From the NCBI GenBank assembly GCA_041695085.1, contig JBGFRO010000023.1:70559-134558 (forward strand): 64,000 nt of DNA, in the 5' to 3' direction. The translations under genes were made by a program, and so were the position numbers. This stretch comes from Bacteroidota bacterium (lineage in GTDB: Bacteria; Bacteroidota; Ignavibacteria; UBA10030). Under the pieces are notes generated by a model, which made no database searches, had not been told where the DNA came from, and saw only the letters and a list, made by a program, of their open reading frames with translations. Each line of letters opens with the position of its first letter. Within the stretch, counting starts at the first letter, position 1. Of the stretch, positions 54,623-64,000 are shown in pieces.

Positions 54623-56520
54623 GACGGAAGGTCATCGTTCTCCTGGCACTTCTGTATCTCGCGTCTCCCGAAGGCGTACGGTCACAGGTGCATCCGGTTC
54701 AAATCAGTGCATCTGAACGGAGGTCCCAGCTTGGATTCGAGCGGCTGCTGAACACATTCACATGGAAGAATGACCTGTTCTACTCTGCCGAGGTGGGAGG
54801 CCTCACGCTCGATCTTCGTCAGCGGTTGCGCTCTCGTCTGATTCGCTCCGAACAGCGCTCGATCCAGGATGAGTTAGTGGACACGCTCGACCTCCGAAAA
54901 AAGCTTTCTGACGGGTGGAATCTGCAGGCGCAGGCCACGGCATCTTTGCTCTCGGACCATCGTGCCGTCGATCTAGGCGAGTTGGCTCAGTACAAAGGAC
55001 TTGTAGGAGTTCAAGTGTTTCCTACCACCGCGATGAGCATTGCAGGGTTGGCTGGATTCGAGCACGACTCGCAGCAGGAGGAATCGGATCGTGGTTTCGC
55101 ATACATGCTGGAGGCGCAAGGACGGGAGATCGAGATGGAGGACTTTCGCGCCTTTTTTGCAACACGATGGATGCAATCGTTTCTTTCGCCACGTCGTCCC
55201 GCTTCGGGGGGCGTCGAATTGAACATCGTCCGGGATTTCGGCACCGGGGCGGTCGAATCGGTTTCATTTGAGTACACACATCAGCGTCGAGAGTTCTACA
55301 CGCGCGCCGATGATCAGGTGGCGCGATTCTACGACATCCAAAGCAACATCTTCCGACGCGATGCAAATGGATTTCGGGTGACGAATCATCTCACCTATCA
55401 GGCGTTTGATCGCGCGCGTTTAGAGTTTGAGGCAGGACTTTCTTCCCGGACGATCACGCGCGGCCTTCGGTTCAAGGTGGCGGAGGGACCTGCGCCGACG
55501 CCGCTCGATACGAAGGTTCAAGAAATGCAGCTCTTCGGTTCGTTGAAGGGCCGGCTGGAAATAAGCGAGTGGATTGGAGCAGATGTATCGATCGCTTATG
55601 CGGAAAGAGAGGAACGCCATACACTTGCCCGAGACCGCGGAGCCTCCGACGGATTTGCCCTCCAACAGGAGCGGAACGAACGGAAGTTGAATAACATCGC
55701 TCGCCGTACGTCCCTTGCGTCGCAGATACGAACGATCCTCTCCACAAAAGATCAGTTGAACTTTGCCGGATCGGCCGCTATCTTACGCTACGACACACCG
55801 GATACCTTGAACATCGACGATCGGGACGAGTTGCTCATATCACTGGGCGTTCAGAGTGTCCACCAGATCAGCGAGCAGTTGGAACTCCGATTCGAAGTCG
55901 ATGCAACCCTCAGCCATCTCGTCTATCTTCATCGACTCCAGAGCGCGAACAACAATTGGAATAGGATCCTCCGCTTCTCCCCGTCAGTCCGGTATGCTCC
56001 CTCTGACTTCTTCCGGACGGCCAATCACGCCGAGGTGCTTGCCAACTACACGGTGTACGATTTCGAGGAGCAAGTCGCTCTTACTCGCAGTTTTTCCTTT
56101 CGCCAGGCGTCATGGACTGATACAACAAGTCTCCGTCTCACGGCCAGACTTACGCTCGACGTCTTCGGGACCGTACGCGTCTATGAGCGCGGCGTGCTCC
56201 TCTGGTCCGATTTTCGCGAGCGGCCACAGAATTATTTCGTCGAACAAACGTATTGGCCGCGGTGTACGTATTACCTGATGGCGTCGATGGAATTGGGAAT
56301 TGGGTATCGTTGGTTTCGACAGGATAGGTATCGGTATGAAAGAGGAGATCGGAGCAAGGAGCGTTCCCTGACCACCTCGGGACCCACTGTGGTCTTCCGA
56401 TGGCGCGGAGAGGCGGCGGAATATATTAGTCTTGAAGGGTGGAGAGAGGTTCAACGTCAGGACGGCTTAGCGGTTCGCACCGTCCCGAATCTATCACTCA
56501 CAGTCAGCATGGCACTTTGA
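54619..56520 (+). CDS. Hypothetical outer-membrane beta-barrel protein
   Basis: Signal peptide MRRKVIVLLALLYLASPEGVRSQ. Long stretches of alternating hydrophobic residues with frequent aromatic/Arg pairs. The ATG overlaps the upstream stop (ATGA). Confidence 0.5.
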   Translation: MRRKVIVLLALLYLASPEGVRSQVHPVQISASERRSQLGFERLLNTFTWKNDLFYSAEVGGLTLDLRQRLRSRLIRSEQRSIQDELVDTLDLRKKLSDGWNLQAQATASLLSDHRAVDLGELAQYKGLVGVQVFPTTAMSIAGLAGFEHDSQQEESDRGFAYMLEAQGREIEMEDFRAFFATRWMQSFLSPRRPASGGVELNIVRDFGTGAVESVSFEYTHQRREFYTRADDQVARFYDIQSNIFRRDANGFRVTNHLTYQAFDRARLEFEAGLSSRTITRGLRFKVAEGPAPTPLDTKVQEMQLFGSLKGRLEISEWIGADVSIAYAEREERHTLARDRGASDGFALQQERNERKLNNIARRTSLASQIRTILSTKDQLNFAGSAAILRYDTPDTLNIDDRDELLISLGVQSVHQISEQLELRFEVDATLSHLVYLHRLQSANNNWNRILRFSPSVRYAPSDFFRTANHAEVLANYTVYDFEEQVALTRSFSFRQASWTDTTSLRLTARLTLDVFGTVRVYERGVLLWSDFRERPQNYFVEQTYWPRCTYYLMASMELGIGYRWFRQDRYRYERGDRSKERSLTTSGPTVVFRWRGEAAEYISLEGWREVQRQDGLAVRTVPNLSLTVSMAL

Positions 56521-57014
56521 TGAAGAAACGCTCGCGAAAGCTTTCCCCGCCGAAAACCTCAAAAGGACGGACGCGCACATCAGCAGCACCGGGCAGGGAG
56601 GAGACATACACGCTAGAGCTGAAGAGTGATCCGAAAGAAATACGAAAAGTGGAGCCGTTTCTTCAGGATGTAAATCGACGCATCCGGTTGGACGATGGAA
56701 CGTTCTATCGGCTTCTGGTAGCGAGCACAGAAGCAGTCAACAATGGCATCCTGCACGGCAATAAGTCCGACCCCAAGAAAAAAGTCTGGCTCACCTGTCA
56801 CGTGAACAACGATTCCATTGTGGTAACGGTGCGCGATCAGGGGAAGGGCTTTCAGCCGGAGAGGGTGCCGGATCCGCTGCAGGAGGAGAATTTGATGAAA
56901 GAGAGCGGACGCGGATTGTTCCTGATGAAGTCGCTGATGGACGGCGTCGAGTATACCATTACGCCGAACGGGACGGTTGTTGAACTGAAGATCAACCTGA
57001 GGCTCCTAAAATAG
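56520..57014 (+). CDS. Anti-sigma regulatory factor / RsbW-like serine kinase (HATPase_c_2)
   Basis: About 165 aa; LLVASTEAVNNGILHGN (N-box), VRDQGKGF (G1-box) and ESGRGLFLMKSLMD (G2-box). The start overlaps the upstream stop (TGATG). Confidence 0.65.
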   Translation: MKKRSRKLSPPKTSKGRTRTSAAPGREETYTLELKSDPKEIRKVEPFLQDVNRRIRLDDGTFYRLLVASTEAVNNGILHGNKSDPKKKVWLTCHVNNDSIVVTVRDQGKGFQPERVPDPLQEENLMKESGRGLFLMKSLMDGVEYTITPNGTVVELKINLRLLK

Positions 57015-57040
57015 CTTCACATGGTTGAAAGGATTGGTGG

Positions 57041-57076
57041 AACGAGGCCGGCAAGTTGGTACCCGCCGGCCTCGTT
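57041..57076. terminator. Perfect 12-bp-stem hairpin AACGAGGCCGGC-N12-GCCGGCCTCGTT between convergent genes
   Basis: Located between the anti-sigma kinase gene (ends 57014, +) and the TonB receptor gene (ends 57081, -). There is no obvious T tract on either side. Confidence 0.45.
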
Positions 57077-57080
57077 CGCG

Positions 57081-59309
57081 TTAAATATCGGCAGAGGCGG
57101 TGAGAATGGCTCGGCGTCCCAACAACGAGCCACCGAAAATCTGATAGTGTCTGCGGTCCAAGAGGTTGGAGACGTTGAGGTTGAGGTTGATCGAGTTGGT
57201 CAGGCGATAGTTGGCACCGAGATTCACCAGTGTGTAGGCGGGAATCTTGCCGCGAAAGATGCCGGCTGCCCAATCGAACGTGGGGACATATTTCAACTTG
57301 ATGCTCACGTCGTGGCCGCCCGGGTGTGAATAGGTGAGTCCAGCATTGCCGCGCCAGCGGGGCGAATTGGGCAGCAGCACATCGTTGGGATGTCGTTCGA
57401 CCACTTTGAAGGTAAAGTACGAAAAGTTCGCGTCGACGAGCCACGAGTCGGAAAGATAGTAGTTCACTCCAACATCATATCCTGCCTCATCAACCTTGCC
57501 GGCGTTGGTATAGGACCAGATGGTCCTCGGAGCCTTCTCCCCGGGGAAGATCATCGAGAACGGATAGTTCGGATTCACACCAGGCCCGAGGTCCGTGATG
57601 AATTCCTTAAGCTGATTGAAATACGCGTCGATGCTGACGAAGAGCGCGTTGGCGAATACGCCCTTGTAGCCGACCTCATAACCGGTGATTCGTTCAGGTA
57701 CGAGCTTGTTATTACCAAGATACGCCAAGGGCGATGTCGGATGCTTGACATAGAGGTAGAGCTCAGAATAGTTCGGCGATTGAAATGCCTGGTTGAACGT
57801 TGCGCGCAGAGTATGGCCGCTGAGGGGAGTCCAGACCAAAGCCGCTTTCGGGGAGAACTGACTGGGATGCAGGGTGTTGCGATCCCAACGTGCTGCAACG
57901 ACCCCTTTGAGTTTCTCGCTGGCGCGGTACTCTGCCTGAGCGAACACCCCGCTCGAATTATCCTGCCTGGGTGATTGCATGAGGGTTCCCTTGGTATCGA
58001 TATCGACGATGCGGTGGGATATTCCTGCCACAACAAAGAGACGATCGTCCAATGAGGTGAAGTGGTATTGTACTTCACCGTGCGTGATGAGGGCATCTTG
58101 TTCGAGTGAAAGTCCTGTGGAAAGCGATACTTCCGGTCGAATGTTATATCGCCCGTTTGTCCAGACGAGAACATTGAAACCGTGACCGGAATAGTTCAGT
58201 CGTGCCCAAGGCTTGGTTGCACGCTGCACTTGCACGCGACCGATGCCTGTTACAATGACCTCATTCTCCGTTTGTGCGATTCCCCCCTCAATCGTTGCCA
58301 CGCCGCCGGCTTGATAATCGTGATCGATCCTCACTGAGCCATAGATCGTCTTCACGGGATCGAGGTTGAGATCCTTAACCTCATTGTTTAAAAACGGATT
58401 GAGCCCCTCATACTCAAATCTTCTGTTCGTTCTGATTGTGCTAAAGCTTTTTCCACTCATCGTACCGGCGTTTATTTTGTAGCTCCAGTTGCCTGAGGCG
58501 CCCGCGTGGCGGACATCGACACGGTAGGCGCTCTTCTCGCCGCCGCCGACGATCACCCGTGTGCCGAGCATCGCTTTAGGGGGTATCGACGTGACGCTGA
58601 GAACGCCGTTGAACGCATTGGCTCCGTACAGAGCAGATCCGGGCCCTTTCACGAGCTCAATGCGGCCAAACTCCTCCAGTGGTACGGACAGACCATTCCA
58701 TTCCGTTGCACTCAGGAACGCGGTGCCGAGATCTCGTCCGTCTAGCAAGATAAGTAGTCGACGATTCAGCGAACTGTTAAATCCGCGAGTGTTGATGTTG
58801 AAATCGAAGAGTCCGCTTTGCACAATATCAACTCCCGGCTCTGTTTCGAGCAGTTTGGGGAGTTGGCCGCTTCCGGCAAATCGCGCGATGTCCTTTGCTT
58901 CGATCACAGTAACTGCTGCGGGAGCTTCCGTGATGCGTTCCTGTCGAAGCGACGCGCCGTATACCATAATCTCGCCCACCTGAAGCGTCTCATGTTCAAG
59001 ATTGAAGTCATGCACAAGTGTCTGTTCCGCCGAGAACACAATCGACCTCTCAACTCGCTTATATCCCACCGACGAAACGACGAGCATGTAGTTCCCCGGT
59101 GGGATATTGGCAATCGTGTATCGGCCGTTGACGTCGGTGGCGGCTCCGAATCCGGTACCTCGAAGGATCACGTTAACGTTAGGGATCGCTTCAAGGGTCT
59201 CGCGGTCCCGAATTGTCCCTGTAAGTGTTCCGCCGCCTTGCGCCGGCAGCGGGAGCGTTGCGGGCAGAAGGAGAAGAAGAAGGAAGGAGATCCTTTGGAA
59301 GATGCACAC
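57081..59309 (-). CDS. TonB-dependent outer-membrane receptor with N-terminal carboxypeptidase-regulatory-like domain
   Basis: Signal peptide; GTLTGTIRDRETLEAIPNVNVILRGTGFGAATDVNGRYTI (CarboxypepD_reg); plug region (ITEAPAAVTVIEAKDI...LVKGPGSALYGANAFNGVLSVT); long barrel ending in an aromatic residue. Confidence 0.85.
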   Translation of the reverse strand: MCIFQRISFLLLLLLPATLPLPAQGGGTLTGTIRDRETLEAIPNVNVILRGTGFGAATDVNGRYTIANIPPGNYMLVVSSVGYKRVERSIVFSAEQTLVHDFNLEHETLQVGEIMVYGASLRQERITEAPAAVTVIEAKDIARFAGSGQLPKLLETEPGVDIVQSGLFDFNINTRGFNSSLNRRLLILLDGRDLGTAFLSATEWNGLSVPLEEFGRIELVKGPGSALYGANAFNGVLSVTSIPPKAMLGTRVIVGGGEKSAYRVDVRHAGASGNWSYKINAGTMSGKSFSTIRTNRRFEYEGLNPFLNNEVKDLNLDPVKTIYGSVRIDHDYQAGGVATIEGGIAQTENEVIVTGIGRVQVQRATKPWARLNYSGHGFNVLVWTNGRYNIRPEVSLSTGLSLEQDALITHGEVQYHFTSLDDRLFVVAGISHRIVDIDTKGTLMQSPRQDNSSGVFAQAEYRASEKLKGVVAARWDRNTLHPSQFSPKAALVWTPLSGHTLRATFNQAFQSPNYSELYLYVKHPTSPLAYLGNNKLVPERITGYEVGYKGVFANALFVSIDAYFNQLKEFITDLGPGVNPNYPFSMIFPGEKAPRTIWSYTNAGKVDEAGYDVGVNYYLSDSWLVDANFSYFTFKVVERHPNDVLLPNSPRWRGNAGLTYSHPGGHDVSIKLKYVPTFDWAAGIFRGKIPAYTLVNLGANYRLTNSINLNLNVSNLLDRRHYQIFGGSLLGRRAILTASADI

Positions 59310-59402
59310 GGTCGTTGCTCCTTGTCGGATGATGGATAGTCAGATTCAAAAAAGCCCCGACCTGGAGGGACGGGGCTTCGAGTGAACGTCGTGTTGTGGA
59401 AG

Positions 59403-60191
59403 TTAGAAGTTGCGGCTCTTGTACTCTCGGTAAAAGCCGTTGCTTTCACCATCCGCGTTGAAGATGAATTTCACGATGCCGATGTTCGGAGCAAGCCAGA
59501 TGGTTGCTGTCTGGGCGACCTGTGCGGGAGTCGTCGATCCGCCGAGATAGACTCGTCTGGTTGCTGTGACCTTGTAGCTGTTGAAGGTTTGCCCCCCTAA
59601 CGTGAGGGATTCGCGACCTTCAATCTTCCCTACAATTTGAAGCCGTACTTGTCCCGCGGGTGCTGTCCAGGTTCCATCAAACCCTGTCCACTCGCGGCCA
59701 ACGCCCGCATCCTGACGAACGAGCATGATCCACTGCAGGGAATCGGGTCGATTGATGCCAAAGGTGCGGTAGAAGCGTCCGATGTTTGTGAGGAACGAGA
59801 AATTGCCGCTTCCGGTGGGCGCATCTCGTTGTATAAAAAATTGGCCGACGACCCAGACTGTTGGCGGGTTTGGGAGACCTGTGGGGACACGTTGTGAGTC
59901 GGAGAGGACGTGCGCCGGTCCGAACGGCGTCGCGCTGTTATTCGCCAACACGGTCATCCTTGCTTCGTACACCGCTCCAGTCGCCTCAATGTTTGCGTCT
60001 GTTGTTTTGTCGCGGAGGAATCCGCTGAAGATCAGTTTTCTCCCAACCACCAGCGGGAACAAGTCCTCCGTTATCGGTTGCACGGTATCTTCAGGTTCGG
60101 ACGACTTCTCGCAACCGGTGACGGAGAGCATTGTGGAAAGTGTAACGAGGACTGCAATCGAAGCGCTGAAAACCGACCTCAAGGTTTTCAT
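59403..60191 (-). CDS. Hypothetical lipoprotein
   Basis: Signal peptide with lipobox LSVTGC (MKTLRSVFSASIAVLVTLSTMLSVTGCEKSS); 262 aa; no recognisable catalytic motifs. Confidence 0.55.
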   Translation of the reverse strand: MKTLRSVFSASIAVLVTLSTMLSVTGCEKSSEPEDTVQPITEDLFPLVVGRKLIFSGFLRDKTTDANIEATGAVYEARMTVLANNSATPFGPAHVLSDSQRVPTGLPNPPTVWVVGQFFIQRDAPTGSGNFSFLTNIGRFYRTFGINRPDSLQWIMLVRQDAGVGREWTGFDGTWTAPAGQVRLQIVGKIEGRESLTLGGQTFNSYKVTATRRVYLGGSTTPAQVAQTATIWLAPNIGIVKFIFNADGESNGFYREYKSRNF

Positions 60192-60500
60192 AAATCCTCC
60201 TTATGTAATGGGTTAAGCCGGCACTCTCAGTGGTGCCCCGCTTGCCGGCGAAAGACATCCTTCAATTCAAAGTCGCTCAATTTTAAGAAACAGCATCCTC
60301 AGAGTCAAGAAATTGAAAGCCTTGTTTCGTCGCTCAAGAATTGCACTCTGTTGACCCTTTCGACAACACAAGGAAATGTCTCACCACGATCACAGGGGTA
60401 GGAATCGTTCCTTACCAAAGGAGCAACAAAAATCCCCACCTTCGCAGAGCTGGCGTGTAAAAGCAGCGAGATTCGACCTCCGGATAGCCGTACAGCGGTG

Positions 60501-61553
<1,053 letters not shown>

Positions 61554-61557
61554 TTAC

Positions 61558-61818
61558 TTACGCCGCGGGAGGGTATACGCTAACACGCTGCTTGGTCTTT
61601 CCTACGCGCTCGAACTTCACTACCCCATCGATCAAAGCGAAGAGCGTGTCATCACTGCCGATGCCGACATTGTTGCCGGGATGCATCTTTGTACCCCGTT
61701 GGCGAACAAGGATGCTTCCGGCCGTCACCAATTGACCGCCGAAGCGCTTCACGCCCAAGCGTTGAGCATTACTATCACGACCGTTTTTGGAGCTTCCGCC
61801 CCCTTTTTTATGTGCCAT
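61558..61818 (-). CDS. rpmA: 50S ribosomal protein L27
   Basis: [29 protein letters not shown]... is the canonical L27 N-terminus. Confidence 0.93.
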   Translation of the reverse strand: MAHKKGGGSSKNGRDSNAQRLGVKRFGGQLVTAGSILVRQRGTKMHPGNNVGIGSDDTLFALIDGVVKFERVGKTKQRVSVYPPAA

Positions 61819-61840
61819 AACTCAATCTCCAACAAACGGA

Positions 61841-62149
61841 TTAAGATACCTTGGTAATTTCAATCTCCGTATACTGCTGCCGATGACCGCGGCGAACCTT
61901 GTAACCTTTCCGACGCTTCTTCTTGAACACCGTCACCTTCTCATCTTTGATGTGCCCCACAACTTTTGCTTCGATGCTCGCTCCGGCAACATAGGGTGTA
62001 CCGATCTTCGTGTGCTTCTCATCTCCCATCAACAAAATCTTATCGAGCTTCACCTTCGAACCCGGTTCAGAATCGAGTTTGGGAACGAAGAGCCGAGCCG
62101 ACTTCGCCACTTTGAATTGCTGTCCTGCTATCTCAACCACTGCGTACAT
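61841..62149 (-). CDS. rplU: 50S ribosomal protein L21
   Basis: MYAVVEIAGQQFKVAKS...KKRRKGYKVRRGHRQ; it sits immediately upstream of rpmA, as is usual. Confidence 0.92.
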   Translation of the reverse strand: MYAVVEIAGQQFKVAKSARLFVPKLDSEPGSKVKLDKILLMGDEKHTKIGTPYVAGASIEAKVVGHIKDEKVTVFKKKRRKGYKVRRGHRQQYTEIEITKVS

Positions 62150-62267
62150 GAAAGCCTCTGATGCTGAATTCGTGTAAGTGCTTTAGCAGGTTGTTGAAAA
62201 AGCAAACCGCTAAGGCGCAAAGAGCGCTAAGAACAGAGACCTTTTATTTTGTCTTTATTCCAAAAAG

Positions 62268-62312
62268 AGAGACTTCTGAAAAATTCTAAGCCCATTGTCA
62301 TTCAGAAGTCTC
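62268..62312. promoter_or_regulatory. 12-bp perfect inverted repeat GAGACTTCTGAA-N20-TTCAGAAGTCTC in the rplU leader (terminator/attenuator candidate)
   Basis: Arms at 62269-62280 and 62301-62312. On the minus strand the hairpin is followed by CTCTCTTTTTGG. It lies between the 62427..62678 ORF and rplU. Confidence 0.45.
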
Positions 62313-62426
62313 AAAGAAGTTCTTTGTGTCCTTTGCGTCTTCGCGGTTCATTTCTCACTCTGTAAGGGTTTTTCAACACCCTGTTAGACAAACCGGTACC
62401 TAATCTATGAAAAACGTCCTTCAAAG

Positions 62427-62678
62427 TCAACGATAATTTCTTCGTCCAGAGGGAGAGTGCGACTCTTTTTCATTCGAGACACTCTTCTCAAGCTCGAATT
62501 GTTTCACCTTCTCGATGACGTCTTCCTTAGATGCGGCAAATCCAACGATCTTCTTTTTGGGACCGTAGATCTCCCAATACGAGAGGTCAGCCAACTTCAC
62601 GAACGAGGCGGAATATGATCCGATGCGAAACTGTCGGCGATTGGCGGTGGATTTCGACTTCATTCCCATGGCTTTCAA
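62427..62678 (-). CDS. Hypothetical small protein
   Basis: 83-aa ORF upstream of the rplU-rpmA operon; no motif I can assign. Confidence 0.3.
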   Translation of the reverse strand: MKAMGMKSKSTANRRQFRIGSYSASFVKLADLSYWEIYGPKKKIVGFAASKEDVIEKVKQFELEKSVSNEKESHSPSGRRNYR

Positions 62679-62703
62679 TTAGTACGGAGTGCAAAGTGAC
62701 GGA

Positions 62704-64000
62704 TCAAAGATACGTATTTTCTTTCAGATTGAGAAGGCGCATGCCATTGAGGACGACCAGAAGTGCCACCCCGTCATCTGCCAGAATGGCCAGCCACAAA
62801 GTGCTCCATCCCAGAGCCCCTAAGATGAGAAAGACAAGCTTCGTGCCGAGTGCAAGAACGATGTTTTGTTTGATGATTGCAAGGGCTTTTTTGCCTAAGC
62901 GGATTGCGTGTGGAATGCGAAGGATGTTATCGGACATCAACACGACGTCTGCGGTTTCCAGTGCTGTATCCGATCCAATTCCCCCCATCGCAATACCGAC
63001 ATCTGCCGCCGCAAGTGCCGGCGCGTCGTTGATGCCATCCCCCACCATTGCTACCTTCCGGTAGGTCGACTGCAGGGATCGAATCACTTCCAGTTTGTGC
63101 TCAGGAAGGAGCTCCGCCCGCGCTTCATCGAATCCGAGCTCGCGCGCGACCGATTCGGCAATGAGCCGGTTGTCACCGCTGAGAAGGATGGTGTGTTCAA
63201 TGCCAAGGGAGTGAAGCCGTTGAAGAGTCGCTCGTGCATCCTTCCGTACTCGGTCCGCAATGGCGATGACTCCTAACACGCTTTCGGAGTCGGCAAGCAG
63301 CACCACCGTCTTTCCTTGTTGTTCGAGCCTCTGCAACGCTTCTTCGATGCGTGGTGAGCAGACTCCCATTTCCTCAACGAGCTGATGATTCCCCACCACA
63401 TACTCCCGTCCGTTCAACGTTGTTCGTATTCCTTTGCCGGTGATGGCGAAGAAGTCCCCGGAACGGAGTGTGGAGAGATCAATCCCTTCCTCGAGCGCCT
63501 TGCGCACCAACGCATCGGCGAGGTGATGTTCCGATTTGAGTTCGGCGGCTGCGACAAGTTGAAGAATGTCGCGGGGAGACAGCGAGTCGAGCGGTACGAC
63601 GTCGGTCACTTCGGGTTTTCCTTCCGTCAGTGTCCCCGTCTTGTCGAAGGCTACGGCGCGCACATCAGCGAGCGCCTCCAGATGTTTACCTCCTTTGACG
63701 AGGATCCCGTGACGCGCCGCGTTCGTCATTGCACTGACGATGGTCACGGGCGTCGAAATGACCAATGCGCATGGACATGCAATGACCAGGACGACGAGTG
63801 CTCGATAGAACCACTCGCTGAAGTCGCTGTGGAAGAGCAAGGGCGGAAGGAGCGTCATACCGATTGCGAGCGCAAAAACGGCGGGCGTGTAGACGTGCGC
63901 AAACCTTTCAATGAAAGATTGGAGAGGAGCCTTCTGGCTTTGTGCCTCCTCGATGAGGTGGACGATGCGCGCGAGGGTCGTGTCTGTCGACAGCCTCGTC
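62704..64000 (-). CDS. Heavy-metal-translocating P1B-type ATPase, C-terminal about 430 aa (N-terminus beyond window end)
   Basis: CPC metal-translocation motif (VIACPCALVISTP), the phosphorylation motif FDKTGTLT, the hinge GDGINDAPAL and the C-terminal TM helices. The frame stays open to nt 64000. Confidence 0.9.
   Translation of the reverse strand, partial: TRLSTDTTLARIVHLIEEAQSQKAPLQSFIERFAHVYTPAVFALAIGMTLLPPLLFHSDFSEWFYRALVVLVIACPCALVISTPVTIVSAMTNAARHGILVKGGKHLEALADVRAVAFDKTGTLTEGKPEVTDVVPLDSLSPRDILQLVAAAELKSEHHLADALVRKALEEGIDLSTLRSGDFFAITGKGIRTTLNGREYVVGNHQLVEEMGVCSPRIEEALQRLEQQGKTVVLLADSESVLGVIAIADRVRKDARATLQRLHSLGIEHTILLSGDNRLIAESVARELGFDEARAELLPEHKLEVIRSLQSTYRKVAMVGDGINDAPALAAADVGIAMGGIGSDTALETADVVLMSDNILRIPHAIRLGKKALAIIKQNIVLALGTKLVFLILGALGWSTLWLAILADDGVALLVVLNGMRLLNLKENTYL

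Overview
This 64 kb window is bacterial chromosome, roughly 55% GC by eye, with no rRNA, tRNA, CRISPR array or transposase visible. Two proteins end in a type IX secretion (T9SS) C-terminal sorting domain (45094..50313 and 51450..52223). Together with a GxxExxY gene and a Uma2 gene, this points to a Fibrobacteres-Chlorobi-Bacteroidetes (FCB)-superphylum-like organism such as Bacteroidetes, Ignavibacteriae or Chlorobi; that placement is an inference, not a search result.

Housekeeping and metabolic blocks:
- efp-accB-accC-gcvH at 9.7-12.8 kb.
- A reverse-transsulfuration pair, cystathionine beta-synthase plus a cystathionine gamma-lyase/synthase-family enzyme, at 6.4-9.5 kb, with a GxxExxY gene wedged between them.
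- mdh, rpmA-rplU and a partial heavy-metal P-type ATPase at 60.5-64 kb.
- Genes for an NAD-dependent epimerase, a nucleoside hydrolase, an outer-membrane beta-barrel protein, an RsbW-like anti-sigma kinase and a TonB-dependent receptor at 52.8-59.3 kb.
- Signal-transduction genes: a hybrid sensor kinase cut by the window start, a multi-PAS/GAF HisKA_3 kinase with a LuxR-type response regulator, a sigma-54-dependent NtrC-type regulator with its kinase, and two tandem receiver-only proteins.

Two accessory regions stand out:
- 18.9-26.2 kb: six paralogous small secreted proteins sit around a 270-aa Ig-like chaperone-like gene and a 998-aa usher-like outer-membrane protein. The subunits carry a signal peptide, an alternating-hydrophobic N-terminal strand and a conserved alternating T-V-T-L-T C-terminal strand. 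I read this as a candidate chaperone-usher-like pilus locus of the archaic Csu/spore-coat-protein-U type. It lies next to a sigma-54 two-component system and has candidate -24/-12 promoter elements.
- 26.5-52.2 kb: a surface-protein island.
  - A 4635-aa giant secreted protein built from about 4.5 super-repeats of roughly 895 aa.
  - A 469-aa mini-paralog of the giant protein's repeat unit.
  - A 1739-aa adhesin with a Big_1 Ig-like array, a near-identical 975-bp internal tandem duplication and a T9SS C-terminal domain.
  - A second small T9SS C-terminal-domain protein.
  - Several unusual non-coding repeat arrays: ten tandem TTYACNN heptamers, 195-bp tandem repeats full of GAAGGTNACCTTC-type palindromes, and a 600-bp array of two hairpin elements.

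Other notable points:
- A GH3 (NagZ-like) glycosidase gene is interrupted only by two in-frame TGA codons, with no frameshift.
- A GC-richer three-gene insert at 4.0-6.0 kb is flanked by a diverged 3' remnant of a cystathionine gamma-lyase/synthase-family gene on one side and the intact gene on the other.
- A short GxxExxY N-terminal remnant lies just upstream of the adhesin gene.
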